A stretch of 64,000 nt of DNA from Gammaproteobacteria bacterium (GCA_965238225.1 OZ250183.1:1312001-1376000); one strand, 5' to 3'; counted from the first letter of the stretch, positions 1-12,291 are shown. Notes: generated by a model not told the origin, from the sequence alone. Numbers and translations: made by a program.

Positions 1-463
1 TGCTGCTATGAAGGCCACTTGCCTAGATGAAAATGGTGATTCCAAAACTTTAGTTATGGGCTGCTATGGCATAGGCGTTTCTAGAATCCTGGCTGCTTCT
101 ATCGAACAAAATCATGACGAACAGGGCATTATATGGCCCGCTACGATCGCACCATTTCAGGTTTCATTGGTGCCAATTAATATGCATAAATCGCAACGCT
201 TACACGATGCTGTCATGAAACTTTATGAGGAATTGCAAGTTACAGGAATCGAAGTGCTGCTTGATGATCGCAAGGAAAGACCTGGTGTGATGTTCTCAGA
301 TTCTGAATTAATTGGCATTCCTTACCGCCTAACCTTCAGTGAGTGCGGGATTGATTCTGGAACTATTGAATATAAGACAAGAACAGACTCTAAGAGTACT
401 GACATCAAGCTAAATGAAGTAATTAATTTTGTTAAAACTCAACTTACTGACTCTTCACTGTAG
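1..463 (-). other. placeholder-free note: window edge, no minus-strand feature supported here
   Basis: The minus strand here is antisense to proS; listed only to mark that the window starts inside a gene. Confidence 0.05.
1..463 (+). CDS. proS: Prolyl-tRNA synthetase, C-terminal part (truncated by window start)
   Basis: Motif 3 MGCYGIGVSR, IIWP..IAPFQV, anticodon-binding domain VLLDDR.ERPGVMFSDSELIGIP. Confidence 0.95.
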   Translation, partial: AAMKATCLDENGDSKTLVMGCYGIGVSRILAASIEQNHDEQGIIWPATIAPFQVSLVPINMHKSQRLHDAVMKLYEELQVTGIEVLLDDRKERPGVMFSDSELIGIPYRLTFSECGIDSGTIEYKTRTDSKSTDIKLNEVINFVKTQLTDSSL

Positions 464-1050
464 AATATTTTAGCGCCTTACTTGCCGGTATCGCCAAAGA
501 GACCGCCAGACTTGCATCACTGTCAGCGAGCACTCCCTGTGAAGATTTCTGCCGTTTATTGGCGGGTCTACCTGTATTTGCAGGTAACTTGCAGGGCAAT
601 ATTTTATAGAAATCCATAAGTGTTGATTCGCCGAGATCCATAGTAAGGCGCCATACGCTCAATGAGTCTCTCTGCGCCCCATTTTCCCCAACTTCAAGGA
701 AGTCAAAGATTGTATTTGTGGATGCGTAAGATATTCGGACACCTGATTTTTTAACTGCGTCACCGATCTTCCTACACCTTACTCTTTGCGCTAGCCATAA
801 TTCTCCAATAATCTGGTACGCATCAAAAAAATTCCTTTGATATTCAAAATTATATTTGCCAATATCTTCCATCCGAAACACTGAAAGGTTGTAGCTAATT
901 TGCGCACCAAACAAAACAACCAAGCAAGCAACATATACCCAAACAAAAAATATAGGCATAATCGCAAACGCACCATAAAATATGGTATTAGGTTGGCATA
1001 GCCTTTATGTACAAACCGAAAGTATATTTGCTCAGCTCAAATAAGAATAA
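444..1050 (-). pseudogene. yihY: YihY/BrkB family inner membrane protein, 3' remnant
   Basis: Manual translation upstream of the ORF gives ILFELSKYTFGLYIKAMPT* then, after a frameshift, YGAFAIMPIFFVWVY..LVVLFGAQ, typical of YihY. The 5' part is missing. Confidence 0.75.
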
Positions 1051-1202
1051 CTCTGATTCTTCATTTTACCTTGTCATACGAAGTTATATAAATAGTCATA
1101 TAACCACTATATGAGGAAATTTATATGCAACAACATCCACACAGAATAAGAGTTCGTTTGAACGATTCCTTACTTGAACAATGAGAAATAGAATCACACA
1201 GT

Positions 1203-1238
1203 TTAGGTAGCAATCACAGCTTAGGTAGCAATCACAGC
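1203..1238. repeat. 18-bp tandem duplication (ttaggtagcaatcacagc x2)
   Basis: Exact adjacent copies at 1203-1220 and 1221-1238. Confidence 0.9.
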
Positions 1239-1265
1239 AAAGTGATTCGACTTACCTTTAAATAT

Positions 1266-1306
1266 TTAAACAAATAAATAATACGCTTGGTATTAAATTT
1301 GTTTAA
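1266..1306 (-). terminator. AT-rich imperfect hairpin after ORF 1313-1513, possible terminator
   Basis: Inverted repeat ttaaacaaat...aatac / gtatt...atttgtttaa. Confidence 0.35.
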
Positions 1307-1312
1307 TTCACT

Positions 1313-1513
1313 TTACGGCAACGACCACCAAACAAGGAGTAGTCCTGCTGAAATACCTAAGAGAAATAACCCCCATAAAGTGCCAATATTAGTTTCATCA
1401 CCGTATTTATCAGATTGACTTAAGGCTCTGCTGAATAGTGCATAGCCTGAGACTGTGCCAAGAAGCAGTAGGCCAGCCCCAATAACTAGAACTATAATTC
1501 CGAAAGTGTTCAT
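1313..1513 (-). CDS. Small two-TM hypothetical membrane protein
   Basis: 66 aa, two hydrophobic helices, AGGA-like RBS, directly downstream of 1538-1960. Confidence 0.65.
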   Translation of the reverse strand: MNTFGIIVLVIGAGLLLLGTVSGYALFSRALSQSDKYGDETNIGTLWGLFLLGISAGLLLVWWSLP

Positions 1514-1537
1514 TATAACTTTCCTAGATAATGTAAT

Positions 1538-1960
1538 TTACTCAAAGTCAACTTCACGAACACGTTTTTTATCTCTTCTCTCTTCAACATGCTTACGGAT
1601 TCTCTCTATCAATTTTTCATAATCTGGAACTGCTTTAATTACAACTACAGGATGTGATTTATCTGATGTTTCAAGAATTATGTTACCTAAAGAAAATATT
1701 CTAAGAAAAAATGGAATATCTAACTGATAATCCTTAACTCGATATAATTCTAACTCATCCATTTTTTTATTCAAAATACCATATCTAGTTCTGAATCTTT
1801 CAGTAGTTAGTTCATATTTCGTGTTCTTTATTATTAACCATTTCCATAAAATTATAAACAATGGAAATACAAGCCAAAATAATAACCCCCATTTTATAAA
1901 TTCCGACAGATTAACTACTTGTGAAGGCGTTCCCAACCATACATCTTGTTCTTCTGACAT
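1538..1960 (-). CDS. Bacterial PH-domain (bPH_2/YdbS-like) membrane protein
   Basis: N-terminal TM segment, then YELTTERF...GIL.K..DELELYRVKD...FFLRIFSLGNIILETSD; GAGG RBS. Confidence 0.8.
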   Translation of the reverse strand: MSEEQDVWLGTPSQVVNLSEFIKWGLLFWLVFPLFIILWKWLIIKNTKYELTTERFRTRYGILNKKMDELELYRVKDYQLDIPFFLRIFSLGNIILETSDKSHPVVVIKAVPDYEKLIERIRKHVEERRDKKRVREVDFE

Positions 1961-2478
1961 TTTGCCTCATTAATCATTCATATTCGAGTTATTATTGTAG
2001 GTCAAATATTCTTATAATAAAAGACTTAAACACTTAACGGATAACTCTAAATATACAAAAGAGAGTATTGAACAAGATGATGCCGACTGTCGCCAAACGA
2101 GATGCTTGAATAGAAAAATTAATCAGATAATCCAGAATTTCTTAACCAAAACTCGGCACAAAATGATTGAATATAAACTCTTGGATAATTGCACTGAAAT
2201 CCTTAAATATAGGTAAATTACTGAAAAAACAATATCACAACGATAAGTGGTACTAGTGACAGTAGTGTCGTATAAGCTAATGAAGAGGCAGACTTTATGG
2301 TGCGTCCAACGTAAAACTTCTGAAAAACATAACGGGCAAAACAAAAAGCCAAACCGCATTAAGCTTGATGACAGAAAATAAATAACTGGCAGGTTTGTTT
2401 TTTAATGACATACTTTGAATCTTTGTCTATGCTTTGCCCGTTCATAAAAAAATATTCATAAAAAATTAAGGAATTACT

Positions 2479-2826
2479 ATGGTAGCCACAATATATCATA
2501 ATCCCCGTTGTTCAAAATCAAGACAAACACTGAAAATCCTCAACGCACAAAATATAGATGTAAAAATCATTGAATACCTAAAGGCCGGTACGAATGCCAA
2601 GACTTTAAAGAAAATATTATCTTATTTAAATATCCCTGCCCGCGACCTCTTACGCAAGGGCGAGAGCGCCTACAAAAAGAATGGTCTTGATGATGTACAT
2701 CTATCCGAGAATGAGATAATTAAAGCAATGGTAAATTACCCTATATTGATCGAACGACCCATAGTAGTAGCGAATAATAAGGCAGTTATAGGTAGACCAC
2801 CGGAAAATATCCTTAATATTCTTTAA
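2479..2826 (+). CDS. arsC: ArsC/YfgD family arsenate reductase (glutaredoxin-dependent)
   Basis: IYHNPRCSKSR, LIERPIV, IGRPPE motifs. Confidence 0.9.
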   Translation: MVATIYHNPRCSKSRQTLKILNAQNIDVKIIEYLKAGTNAKTLKKILSYLNIPARDLLRKGESAYKKNGLDDVHLSENEIIKAMVNYPILIERPIVVANNKAVIGRPPENILNIL

Positions 2827-2844
2827 GAAGAATATAGAATTTGA

Positions 2845-4145
<1,301 letters not shown>

Positions 4146-4158
4146 AAATTTGTATCAT

Positions 4159-5211
4159 TCACAATGTATGGAGATTGCTTTCTAAATAGCTTTCACGGAC
4201 ATGTCGTAACAAAACCGCTATCACTGCTGCCACTGGTAATGCTATCAAAATACCCACAAATCCGAATAACTGCCCGCAAGCCATGACTGCAAAAATTACT
4301 GTGACAGGATGTAGACCAATTCTATCGCCAATCAATAACGGCGACAAAACCAGACTCTCAAACGCTTGCCCGACACCAAAGACAAACAGAATATATATCA
4401 TGTGAATCGTGTCGTGAAATTGCATGAATCCAGCGATACCAGCAACGCCAAAACCAACGATAAAACCGAGATAAGGTATAAAGCTAAGCAATCCTGCCAG
4501 CATGCCGATTAACAAAGAAAACTCCAGACCAACTATCCATAAACCTATGGTATAGAAAATTGCCTGCGCCAACATTACTAAGAACTGCCCGCGCATAAAT
4601 TCAGCCAATACTTCATCACACTGTCGTGCTAATTTTCTGACTAACTGCTGGTAAGATCTTGGGATCAATTCCTGTACTTTACCTATAAGAATATCCCAGT
4701 CCTTAAGTAAATAGAAAGTGACCACAGGAATCAAGGTAAGGTAGGTAGCCCATATCACAACTAACCGGACAGACTGGCTCAGTTTAATCAATAAGCGACT
4801 CATAATGCCGCTTATATCTTTTATATTGTTGGTGAAGACTTCTTTAATAACACCTAAATCAGGAGTGCTGGGATATAAACCTAATGTGTCAGATAAACGT
4901 GGCAAAATACTTTCCTCTATCCAGCTTATGAATTGGGGAAATCTTGTGGCCAGCACGGTAACCTGTCGTTCTAACTGAGGTAATATGAAGAGTAATAAAA
5001 TTAAACCACACAATATCATTACGGCAAACACAACACAAATAGATAATAGTCGTGAAAGACCAGTTTTTTCTAGACGTAAAACAATGGGTTCACCGAGATA
5101 AGCGAGTAATGCACCAACGATAAATGGCATCAATATAGGCGATAAAAGATACAGCAACCACGCTAAAAAAACGGTACTTCCGAAGATCAGCCATTTTTGT
5201 AAATCACTCAT
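4159..5211 (-). CDS. AI-2E family transporter (PerM-like)
   Basis: Multi-TM; FIPYLG, PLLIGDRIGLHPVTVIFA..G.LFGFVGILIALP. Confidence 0.88.
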   Translation of the reverse strand: MSDLQKWLIFGSTVFLAWLLYLLSPILMPFIVGALLAYLGEPIVLRLEKTGLSRLLSICVVFAVMILCGLILLLFILPQLERQVTVLATRFPQFISWIEESILPRLSDTLGLYPSTPDLGVIKEVFTNNIKDISGIMSRLLIKLSQSVRLVVIWATYLTLIPVVTFYLLKDWDILIGKVQELIPRSYQQLVRKLARQCDEVLAEFMRGQFLVMLAQAIFYTIGLWIVGLEFSLLIGMLAGLLSFIPYLGFIVGFGVAGIAGFMQFHDTIHMIYILFVFGVGQAFESLVLSPLLIGDRIGLHPVTVIFAVMACGQLFGFVGILIALPVAAVIAVLLRHVRESYLESNLHTL

Positions 5212-5238
5212 ACGTCTGCCCCTAATTGGTATATATTC

Positions 5239-6333
5239 CTATTGCACCAGTCGGTAACTACTTTCGCTAATCTGTTTTAATATCTGCCCCAAATTGACTG
5301 TCTTTGATATTGCCGAAACATCTGCCTCCATTGTCAAAAAATAAATGACATTATCTTGATTGACTTCCTTTACTTCAACTTTAGTCACTGAATTTAGCGA
5401 CTCAAGATAATTCAGTACCTTCAAATATTGATTATAATTAGTAATATTATTGACAATAATTTCTATCTCTCCTGACTGCGTATAGGTGCCCACATGACCA
5501 TATTGCTCTGCCAATATATCTGCCAAACCATCAAGACCTTCAAAAATTACTATTTCTGCTAACGCTCCTTTTGTCACCCAAGTGAATACGTGCTTATCAA
5601 TATAGGCTGTCCAGCGCGCCTGCCATGATTTTAAAGAAATATTTTCAAGCCTACCCGTTAACACAGTGTCAGCATTATATCGTCTTGATGCAGTCAGTAT
5701 TGGTTTTTGAAAACCACCCCAGATATCACTGAAATGCAATTGATTGGTATCCTCAAGATCAAGCAGGGGATGAACCAGAACAATACCTCTATTCTTTGCC
5801 TGAACTTCCATTGTCTCCACGTAATTTGCAACATTGTACGCTGTAACATCACCTGAACTAGGCAATCGTCTGCCAGTATTATCGCTTACTGCCAACCAGA
5901 CCAAGGTTGAAGGACGTTCTCTGCCCCATTTCTGGATCGTTGCCTCATGCAACACCTTGTCCAGAGATGCGCTATTAAATTTGACCCATATATAAAGTTT
6001 ACTGCCACCCTTTTCTGCATTTGTTCGGTATTCGAACTGTTGTACATATTGCTCTGCATTAAGCAACAATGCAGTTACTTCATTGCGGAAAGGAACATAA
6101 CGATCACCTGTTAGTTTTGCCAGCACAACACGTAACGCAGCAGCTATATTCTTTTTCCTGCTAATTTCCGTCTGCTCAGATACGGCAATCTCAGCCTCAT
6201 ATAATCCAGATACTACAACAGCCTGCAACACAGAAGGAAAGAACAATGTCGAATTAAAAAATATTATTGTAAAGATATAATCTGAGAATTTTTTCATAGG
6301 ACGCACGCTATTGAAGAGCCTGTCACAAGTCAA
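5239..6333 (-). CDS. DUF2066 family exported protein (true start possibly ~6297)
   Basis: LYEAEI.V, VLAKLTG, WG.ERPSTLVWL, PLLDLED; conserved position divergent from purM. Confidence 0.8.
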   Translation of the reverse strand: MTCDRLFNSVRPMKKFSDYIFTIIFFNSTLFFPSVLQAVVVSGLYEAEIAVSEQTEISRKKNIAAALRVVLAKLTGDRYVPFRNEVTALLLNAEQYVQQFEYRTNAEKGGSKLYIWVKFNSASLDKVLHEATIQKWGRERPSTLVWLAVSDNTGRRLPSSGDVTAYNVANYVETMEVQAKNRGIVLVHPLLDLEDTNQLHFSDIWGGFQKPILTASRRYNADTVLTGRLENISLKSWQARWTAYIDKHVFTWVTKGALAEIVIFEGLDGLADILAEQYGHVGTYTQSGEIEIIVNNITNYNQYLKVLNYLESLNSVTKVEVKEVNQDNVIYFLTMEADVSAISKTVNLGQILKQISESSYRLVQ

Positions 6334-6414
6334 GAACTAACATCCTTAACAATCTAAACAAAGGAAATATGTTGGGGTATTGCGATGTAAGCTACTCCCA
6401 GATACCATTGCCGC

Positions 6415-7461
6415 TTGAATAACAAGAAATCAAAAAAACTTAGCTATCAGGATGCTGGTGTCAATATTAGTCTTGGAAATCGACTGGTAGATCGGATTAA
6501 ACCATCGGCTTCATCCACCCATAACAAGGGTGTTATGGGAAATCTTGGCGGTTTTGGTGCGCTTTTTGACATTGGTGCCATGGATTATAAAGACCCAGTG
6601 CTGGTCTCAGCAACCGATGGGGTCGGCACCAAACTAAAACTCGCTATTGAGGTGAATCAACACGATACCATAGGCATTGATCTGGTATCGATGTGCGTCA
6701 ACGATGTCCTTGTTCAGGGTGCAGTTCCCTTATTTTTTCTGGATTATTTCGCCTGCGGGGAATTGGACGTTGACGCTGCAAGTGATGTGATAAATGGCAT
6801 CGCACGGGCTTGTAAGCTTGCAGACTGTGCCTTAATTGGTGGCGAAACAGCAGAAATGCCAGGTATGTATGCCAAGGGAGAATATGATCTTGCAGGTTTT
6901 TGTGTTGGTGCGGTCGAGCGCGCAGATATTATAGATGGCAGCACCGTTTCGCCTAGCGATACTTTAATAGGTATTGCCTCAAGTGGGTCGCATTCCAATG
7001 GTTATTCCCTCATTCGCAAAGTGCTTGAAGTCTCCAAGGACAAACTAACAACAAGATTTGAAGGTGGGACGCTCAAAAAAGCGCTCATGGAGCCAACAAA
7101 AATATATGTCGCGGCTATTAAGCAATTGTTTAATCACTGTAACGTGAAAGCCCTAGCTCATATTACAGGCGGCGGATTAACTGAAAATTTACCACGCGTT
7201 ATTCCTGATAATATTCAAGCTAATATAAATACTCAAAGCTGGGAGCTACCTGCTATTTTTAAGTGGTTGCAGAATGAGGGAAATATTGAAATACAAGAAA
7301 TGTACCGTACTTTCAACTGCGGTGTGGGCATGGTGATTTGCGTTTCGGACAAAGATAAAGATACAGCAATTAAATGCCTAGAAAAATCAAATGAAACTGC
7401 CTGGGAAATTGGTAAAGTTTGCATCAGACAAGAACAAGATGAGGCAATCCGCTTTCTTTAG
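6415..7461 (+). CDS. purM: Phosphoribosylformylglycinamidine cyclo-ligase
   Basis: [42 protein letters not shown]. Confidence 0.97.
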   Translation: MNNKKSKKLSYQDAGVNISLGNRLVDRIKPSASSTHNKGVMGNLGGFGALFDIGAMDYKDPVLVSATDGVGTKLKLAIEVNQHDTIGIDLVSMCVNDVLVQGAVPLFFLDYFACGELDVDAASDVINGIARACKLADCALIGGETAEMPGMYAKGEYDLAGFCVGAVERADIIDGSTVSPSDTLIGIASSGSHSNGYSLIRKVLEVSKDKLTTRFEGGTLKKALMEPTKIYVAAIKQLFNHCNVKALAHITGGGLTENLPRVIPDNIQANINTQSWELPAIFKWLQNEGNIEIQEMYRTFNCGVGMVICVSDKDKDTAIKCLEKSNETAWEIGKVCIRQEQDEAIRFL

Positions 7462-8219
7462 TCATTTTTATTTTTTGTTGCAGTCTCCTGTATCGCAGCC
7501 AAAAATCCCCTTAATATGCTCACTTCATTTTCATCAAGGTGTATGCGATTAAACAAAGATTTCAACCGTCGCATGAGTTTTCTCGGATATTCTGGATTTA
7601 AAAAACCAACGTCAATCATGCTGTGTTCTAGATGCTCGTAGAAATAAGTCATTTCATCTGTGGTCGCTAATCTTGTTTTTTCTTTATCATCTACATCAGG
7701 CTCAGCATTTTCTTCTAAATCTGCCTGTAGATACTGAGTAAACTCATAACACAGTACCTGTACTGCTGATGCCACATTCAGGGAACTAAACTCAGGATTT
7801 GCTGGTATCTGCAAAATACTATTGCAGCATTCCAGCTCTTCATTACTAAGCCCAGAACTTTCCCGACCAAAAATCAAGGCCACTCGACCAAGTTTTAATA
7901 GTTTAGATAATTTTGGTGCGTATTCACGGGGAGTGAACACGGAATGCGAAATAGAACGATATCTAGCTGTAGTTGCGACCGCTGCAACACATCCTGCTAA
8001 AGCCTCTGCAAGCGAATTGCAAATAACTGCTTTACTTAGAATATCATCCGCACCAGCGGCACGTGCTATGGACTCGGCATTAAGATGAACTGTTGGTTTT
8101 ACAAGGTAGAGGTGATTGCATCCCATTGTCTTCATTGCACGCGCAGCAGCGCCAATATTGCCAGGATGCGTGGTTTCTACCATCACCACCCTGATATTCT
8201 CTATTAAATTTCTAATCAT
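7458..8219 (-). CDS. trmJ: tRNA (cytidine/uridine-2'-O)-methyltransferase TrmJ
   Basis: [38 protein letters not shown]; divergent from suhB. Confidence 0.9.
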   Translation of the reverse strand: MIRNLIENIRVVMVETTHPGNIGAAARAMKTMGCNHLYLVKPTVHLNAESIARAAGADDILSKAVICNSLAEALAGCVAAVATTARYRSISHSVFTPREYAPKLSKLLKLGRVALIFGRESSGLSNEELECCNSILQIPANPEFSSLNVASAVQVLCYEFTQYLQADLEENAEPDVDDKEKTRLATTDEMTYFYEHLEHSMIDVGFLNPEYPRKLMRRLKSLFNRIHLDENEVSILRGFLAAIQETATKNKND

Positions 8220-8351
8220 TCACAAATTTCCAGATTTTTACTTCATAATAACCCGCTGGGGCAATTCTCCAGTGTTGCATTGCTCAGTATTCCTTTAAAA
8301 TGGTTATTATTCATCCTTAAATATTATTTTATTAGTTTTTCGGAGTCATCT

Positions 8352-9149
8352 ATGAGCCCCATGCTCAATATCGCAATTCGTGCTGCGCGCGCCGCAGGAG
8401 ATGTGATTATACGACAAATTGATTATGTGCAGGATTTACCAATCATTGAAAAAGGCAGAAATGACTTTGTCACTAAAGTCGACAAACATGCTGAAATAGC
8501 CATTATTGACATACTCCGCAAGGCATATCCCGATCATGCTTTTTTGGCTGAAGAGAGTGGTCAACAAGGTAATAGCCCGTATTTATGGATCATAGACCCC
8601 TTAGACGGCACTACAAACTATCTGCACGGTTTTCCACAATATGCGGTTTCGATTGCACTGCAATACCGAGACAAACTTGTGCAAGCAGTTGTGTATGATC
8701 CTTTGCGACAGGAATTATTTACCGCAAGCGGCGGTGAAGGAGCGATGCTAAATAACAAACGCATACGCGTTAGTAAGCAAAAAAATCTAGGGGGTGCATT
8801 GCTTGGTACTGGCTTTCCCTTCAAACAACAGCAACGCCTAGATGAATATCTCAGTTCTTTCAAAGTCCTGTTTCCGATGACATCAGGCATTCGTCGAGCA
8901 GGGGCTGCAGCACTTGATCTTGCTTACATTGCCTGTGGCAGACTTGATGGTTTCTGGGAACTGGGATTAAAACCTTGGGACATGGCCGCTGGGGTATTGC
9001 TTATTCAAGAGGCAGGCGGGTTCGTCAGTGATTTGTATGGCGAAGATACTTATCTACAGAACGGAGATATTATCGCGGCCAATCCAAAAATACATCACGA
9101 AATACTGAATATTATAAATAACCAGCGAACAAGCAGCTTGCATTCTTAA
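8352..9149 (+). CDS. suhB: Inositol monophosphatase SuhB
   Basis: MSPMLNIAIRAAR, WIIDPLDGTTN, WDMAAG; GGAG RBS before ATG 8352. Confidence 0.95.
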   Translation: MSPMLNIAIRAARAAGDVIIRQIDYVQDLPIIEKGRNDFVTKVDKHAEIAIIDILRKAYPDHAFLAEESGQQGNSPYLWIIDPLDGTTNYLHGFPQYAVSIALQYRDKLVQAVVYDPLRQELFTASGGEGAMLNNKRIRVSKQKNLGGALLGTGFPFKQQQRLDEYLSSFKVLFPMTSGIRRAGAAALDLAYIACGRLDGFWELGLKPWDMAAGVLLIQEAGGFVSDLYGEDTYLQNGDIIAANPKIHHEILNIINNQRTSSLHS

Positions 9150-9299
9150 ACTATCAATCACCGATAGAATTTTCAGGATGCCAGACAGCAGTTTATTAGC
9201 ATACTTACACCTAAGGTAAAGAATATTATACTGGGTATTACAGGTCAAAAATGACATGGCATGCAATATGACCCGTAGCTAAAACCAGCTTAAAACTCC

Positions 9300-9483
9300 T
9301 CATCATGTTCGCAATCTTTGTGTAGGCGGTGGCTAGCTATGCTTTTTTGACCTAATTTTGGCAGGCTTGCACTACTACTGAGATCAAGATACCAATAATT
9401 GCAACCACGATCATTAGCTCGATCAGGCTAAAACCCCGCTAATTATATTTACGTTGCACTTTCAAGTTTTTTCTGAACCCCAT
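9300..9483 (-). pseudogene. Type IV pilin-like (N-methylation motif) pseudogene
   Basis: Manual translation: MGFRKNLKVQRKYN*RGFSLIELMIVVAIIGILISVVVQACQN*VKKA*; prepilin G|F..IELMIVVAIIGIL motif with three in-frame stops. Confidence 0.85.
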
Positions 9484-9588
9484 ATTCAAATATTTATTTT
9501 ACTAATGTTTAACTTAAATAATTTCAATGATTCCTGACTTAACTACTCAAAAAGATATATATCAGGAAGTCGGAAATACATACAACGC

Positions 9589-10434
9589 CTACAGTGTGTC
9601 AAATAATTCTTCGCACTTTGCCGGGATTGAATTAAATCTCGAAGGGTAGCCATTAATCAATTCCGAGAGTACATTTTCCATGGAAGCATCATTAGTATCA
9701 CCCATAACATTAACCCATATGATAGATTGATCTTGATGATATGGCACAACAATTGGTTTATAACCAATGCTTTTTAATTCATTTAATCTATTATTTACCG
9801 CTGATTGAGTTGAGAACAAACCAAGCGAAATTGAATTCTGCAAATTTCCCTTTTTAATAAGTTGATAATCTTGCACACCCTTACCTTTTAAATCTTCAAT
9901 GGCTGCCATCGCATCTTCTTCTGACTCGCTAGCAGAGAGGTATACCCAAAACATCTGATTTTGTTTACCATCTTCGGCTTTTTGATTTGTATGAATTTTT
10001 CTTTTCTCCAACCATCTGCTTAGTTCATCTGCCTGTTTCCTTTTAGCAAAAGGTCCAAAAGAAATACAGAATATTTTTTCTGCCTCAAATTCTTTAGTAT
10101 TATTGATGGAAAAATCAGGAAGATTAGAAACCAGTTTATCAATCACCTTTTTTTCGATCATTACATCACCATACTCCATCATTGAAACAATATTTTGCAA
10201 AGGGTTTATTTTATCAAAATGCTCATCTTTAGTTTTATTTTCTTGCTCAAGAGAATTTTCATCTATTGCGTCAGAGTTATGTTTAAGCTCCTTTAGAAGT
10301 TCAAGCTTTGGTACATCGGCAAAAATTTTAAGTGGCCTAGATAAATTCTTAACTTCAATGTACGTTTGCCTGTCAAGCTCCCACCCAAAGTAACAAACAT
10401 TAAGTAATAAAAAAATAATAAATAGCCATTTCAT
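9589..10434 (-). CDS. SPOR-domain membrane-anchored protein
   Basis: MKWLF..LLLN..YFGW, C.SFGPF, ISLGLFS; typical gene after coaX. Confidence 0.75.
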   Translation of the reverse strand: MKWLFIIFLLLNVCYFGWELDRQTYIEVKNLSRPLKIFADVPKLELLKELKHNSDAIDENSLEQENKTKDEHFDKINPLQNIVSMMEYGDVMIEKKVIDKLVSNLPDFSINNTKEFEAEKIFCISFGPFAKRKQADELSRWLEKRKIHTNQKAEDGKQNQMFWVYLSASESEEDAMAAIEDLKGKGVQDYQLIKKGNLQNSISLGLFSTQSAVNNRLNELKSIGYKPIVVPYHQDQSIIWVNVMGDTNDASMENVLSELINGYPSRFNSIPAKCEELFDTL

Positions 10435-11207
10435 TGCGTCTTACCAGAAAATATAGCCAACCCATGCAATACCAGCTTGGGCTCATATTCAAATTTTTCT
10501 GCAAGTTTTTGAATAAGTAGCTCGGCATTACCTCCAGTAATAATGCAATTTATCTGCTTTCCATACTTATTTTGCATTGTAATAAATATTCTATCTATTA
10601 TTGAAAGCGTTGCTAAGTAACAGCCACTATGAACACCTTCTTCCGTAGAGTTTGAAAAATTGGTTGACGGCAGTATTGTTTTTGATGAAAGGGTCGAAGC
10701 TATCTTTATAGCAGAGGTCTTATCTACGAGGGTTTCTTGCATGAGCTCAAATCCTGGAATAATGAATCCCCCCAGATGTTGGCCAGATTCTGATATGCCA
10801 TCTATAGTCGTAGCTGTGCCACAATCTACAACACATACAGGTCTTTTCTCGTGGCAAAATCTTTGCCACGCGGCGATCATTGCCATCCAACGATCAGTGC
10901 CCAAATCTGAATAGATTGAATACGCATTCCTAACGCCACAACTAAACGCTTCCGTTTTTGCATATTCTGTTTTTATTTGCCACACCTGCAAAACCCATAT
11001 ATCTATGATTTCTGCTATGTTCTGATTTGAGACATTAGAAATTACAACTCTATCTGGTGACTCAAGATGACTCCAATGTTCAGAAAAGAGAGCGGGCAAT
11101 TCTAAATTATCGTAAAACATTGCGCCATCTAAACCAAATTTATTCTCTACACTATTATAGAGACACCATTTAATTCTACTATTACCAATATCAATCAGAA
11201 GATTCAC
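10431..11207 (-). CDS. coaX: Type III pantothenate kinase
   Basis: LLIDIGNSRIKW, LGTDRW, VVDCGTATTID, HLGGFIIPG, TGG, LVLHGL. Confidence 0.93.
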   Translation of the reverse strand: MNLLIDIGNSRIKWCLYNSVENKFGLDGAMFYDNLELPALFSEHWSHLESPDRVVISNVSNQNIAEIIDIWVLQVWQIKTEYAKTEAFSCGVRNAYSIYSDLGTDRWMAMIAAWQRFCHEKRPVCVVDCGTATTIDGISESGQHLGGFIIPGFELMQETLVDKTSAIKIASTLSSKTILPSTNFSNSTEEGVHSGCYLATLSIIDRIFITMQNKYGKQINCIITGGNAELLIQKLAEKFEYEPKLVLHGLAIFSGKTQ

Positions 11208-12181
11208 GATTCTGCTCGTAAACTTATTTCGCCTGCAGTAAATTTTCTTATACTACCATTAACTGACATAAGTAAGGCACCATCATTATCAACCCCGATG
11301 ACCTGGCCAACGATTTCCTTACCTGGTAAAATCAATTTCACTCGCTTTGTGCTCATACAATCATATTCTTGCCATTCTCTAACGATATGCTCAACCTTAT
11401 TATCCATATAACTGTCTAGTAATAACATTAGCTCAGAGATTAATTTTGCAGCAATAATATTGCGTGAAGGAAATGAATCTTTAATACTAGCAAGGTCTAT
11501 CCATGGCTGATTGATACTGCCTTTAAAGTCAGGTGGGAACACTATGTTCAAACCTAGACCTATCACTACATCGCAGGAACCTGCTGCCTCTCCCTTGGTT
11601 TCAATCAACAAACCGCCGAGCTTTTTGTCCTGAAAAAAAATATCGTTTGGCCATTTCAGGCCAATGCCTTCAAAACCTAATTTTTCTAACACTCTGATGC
11701 TTGCACAGCCAACTGCAAGCGATAGACATGTTGGTGAGTCTACTGGCTGTTCAAAATGCCATCGTGCTGACAGGCTAAGTCCTGAACCAAAGGGTGAAAC
11801 CCATGGATTTCCTCGTCTACCTCGACCGTGCGATTGATACTCAGCAAGAACTACATTTCCGTATTTTTCTGAAACTTGCAGATTTTCCAAAAGATATTGA
11901 TTCGTCGATTCAATTTCTTCAAATATTTCAAGTTTACTTAGAATTTTTGCTGCAGATAAATTGATTTCTGCAAGTAATATTTCCTTGTCCAGAAATTCTA
12001 TCGACCTTGATAGGCGATATCCTGTTCCTTTCACCGCAATAATTGTCACTCCATAATAACTCAAAGCATTAATCATCTTCCAGATTGCTGTACGTGACAC
12101 GCCTAATGTATTACCAAGCTCTTCGCCTGAATGAAACTCGCCATCTGCGATTAATCTCAATAATGTAATTCGATCATGCAA
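11204..12181 (-). CDS. birA: Bifunctional biotin ligase / repressor BirA
   Basis: HTH HSGEELG..LGVSRTAIWK, GRGRRG, KWPND, KLGG.L.E, GEISLR. Confidence 0.96.
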   Translation of the reverse strand: MHDRITLLRLIADGEFHSGEELGNTLGVSRTAIWKMINALSYYGVTIIAVKGTGYRLSRSIEFLDKEILLAEINLSAAKILSKLEIFEEIESTNQYLLENLQVSEKYGNVVLAEYQSHGRGRRGNPWVSPFGSGLSLSARWHFEQPVDSPTCLSLAVGCASIRVLEKLGFEGIGLKWPNDIFFQDKKLGGLLIETKGEAAGSCDVVIGLGLNIVFPPDFKGSINQPWIDLASIKDSFPSRNIIAAKLISELMLLLDSYMDNKVEHIVREWQEYDCMSTKRVKLILPGKEIVGQVIGVDNDGALLMSVNGSIRKFTAGEISLRAES

Positions 12182-12291
12182 TAGCTTATGCTTAAATTTT
12201 ATTTAATCGAACAGGTGTTACTAAAATGGGTTTTATTTACTGACAGTATAATTTTGCATAGCAACAATAAATATTAAGATCCATAACGATT

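Noticed and set aside
1125-1260. GAGGA-ATG micro-ORF MQQHPHRIRVRLNDSLLEQ*
   Set aside because: Too short and broken to assign; may be a gene remnant but no family is recognisable.
2123-2359. 78-aa minus-strand ORF
   Set aside because: No motif or RBS; lies in degraded-looking spacer DNA.
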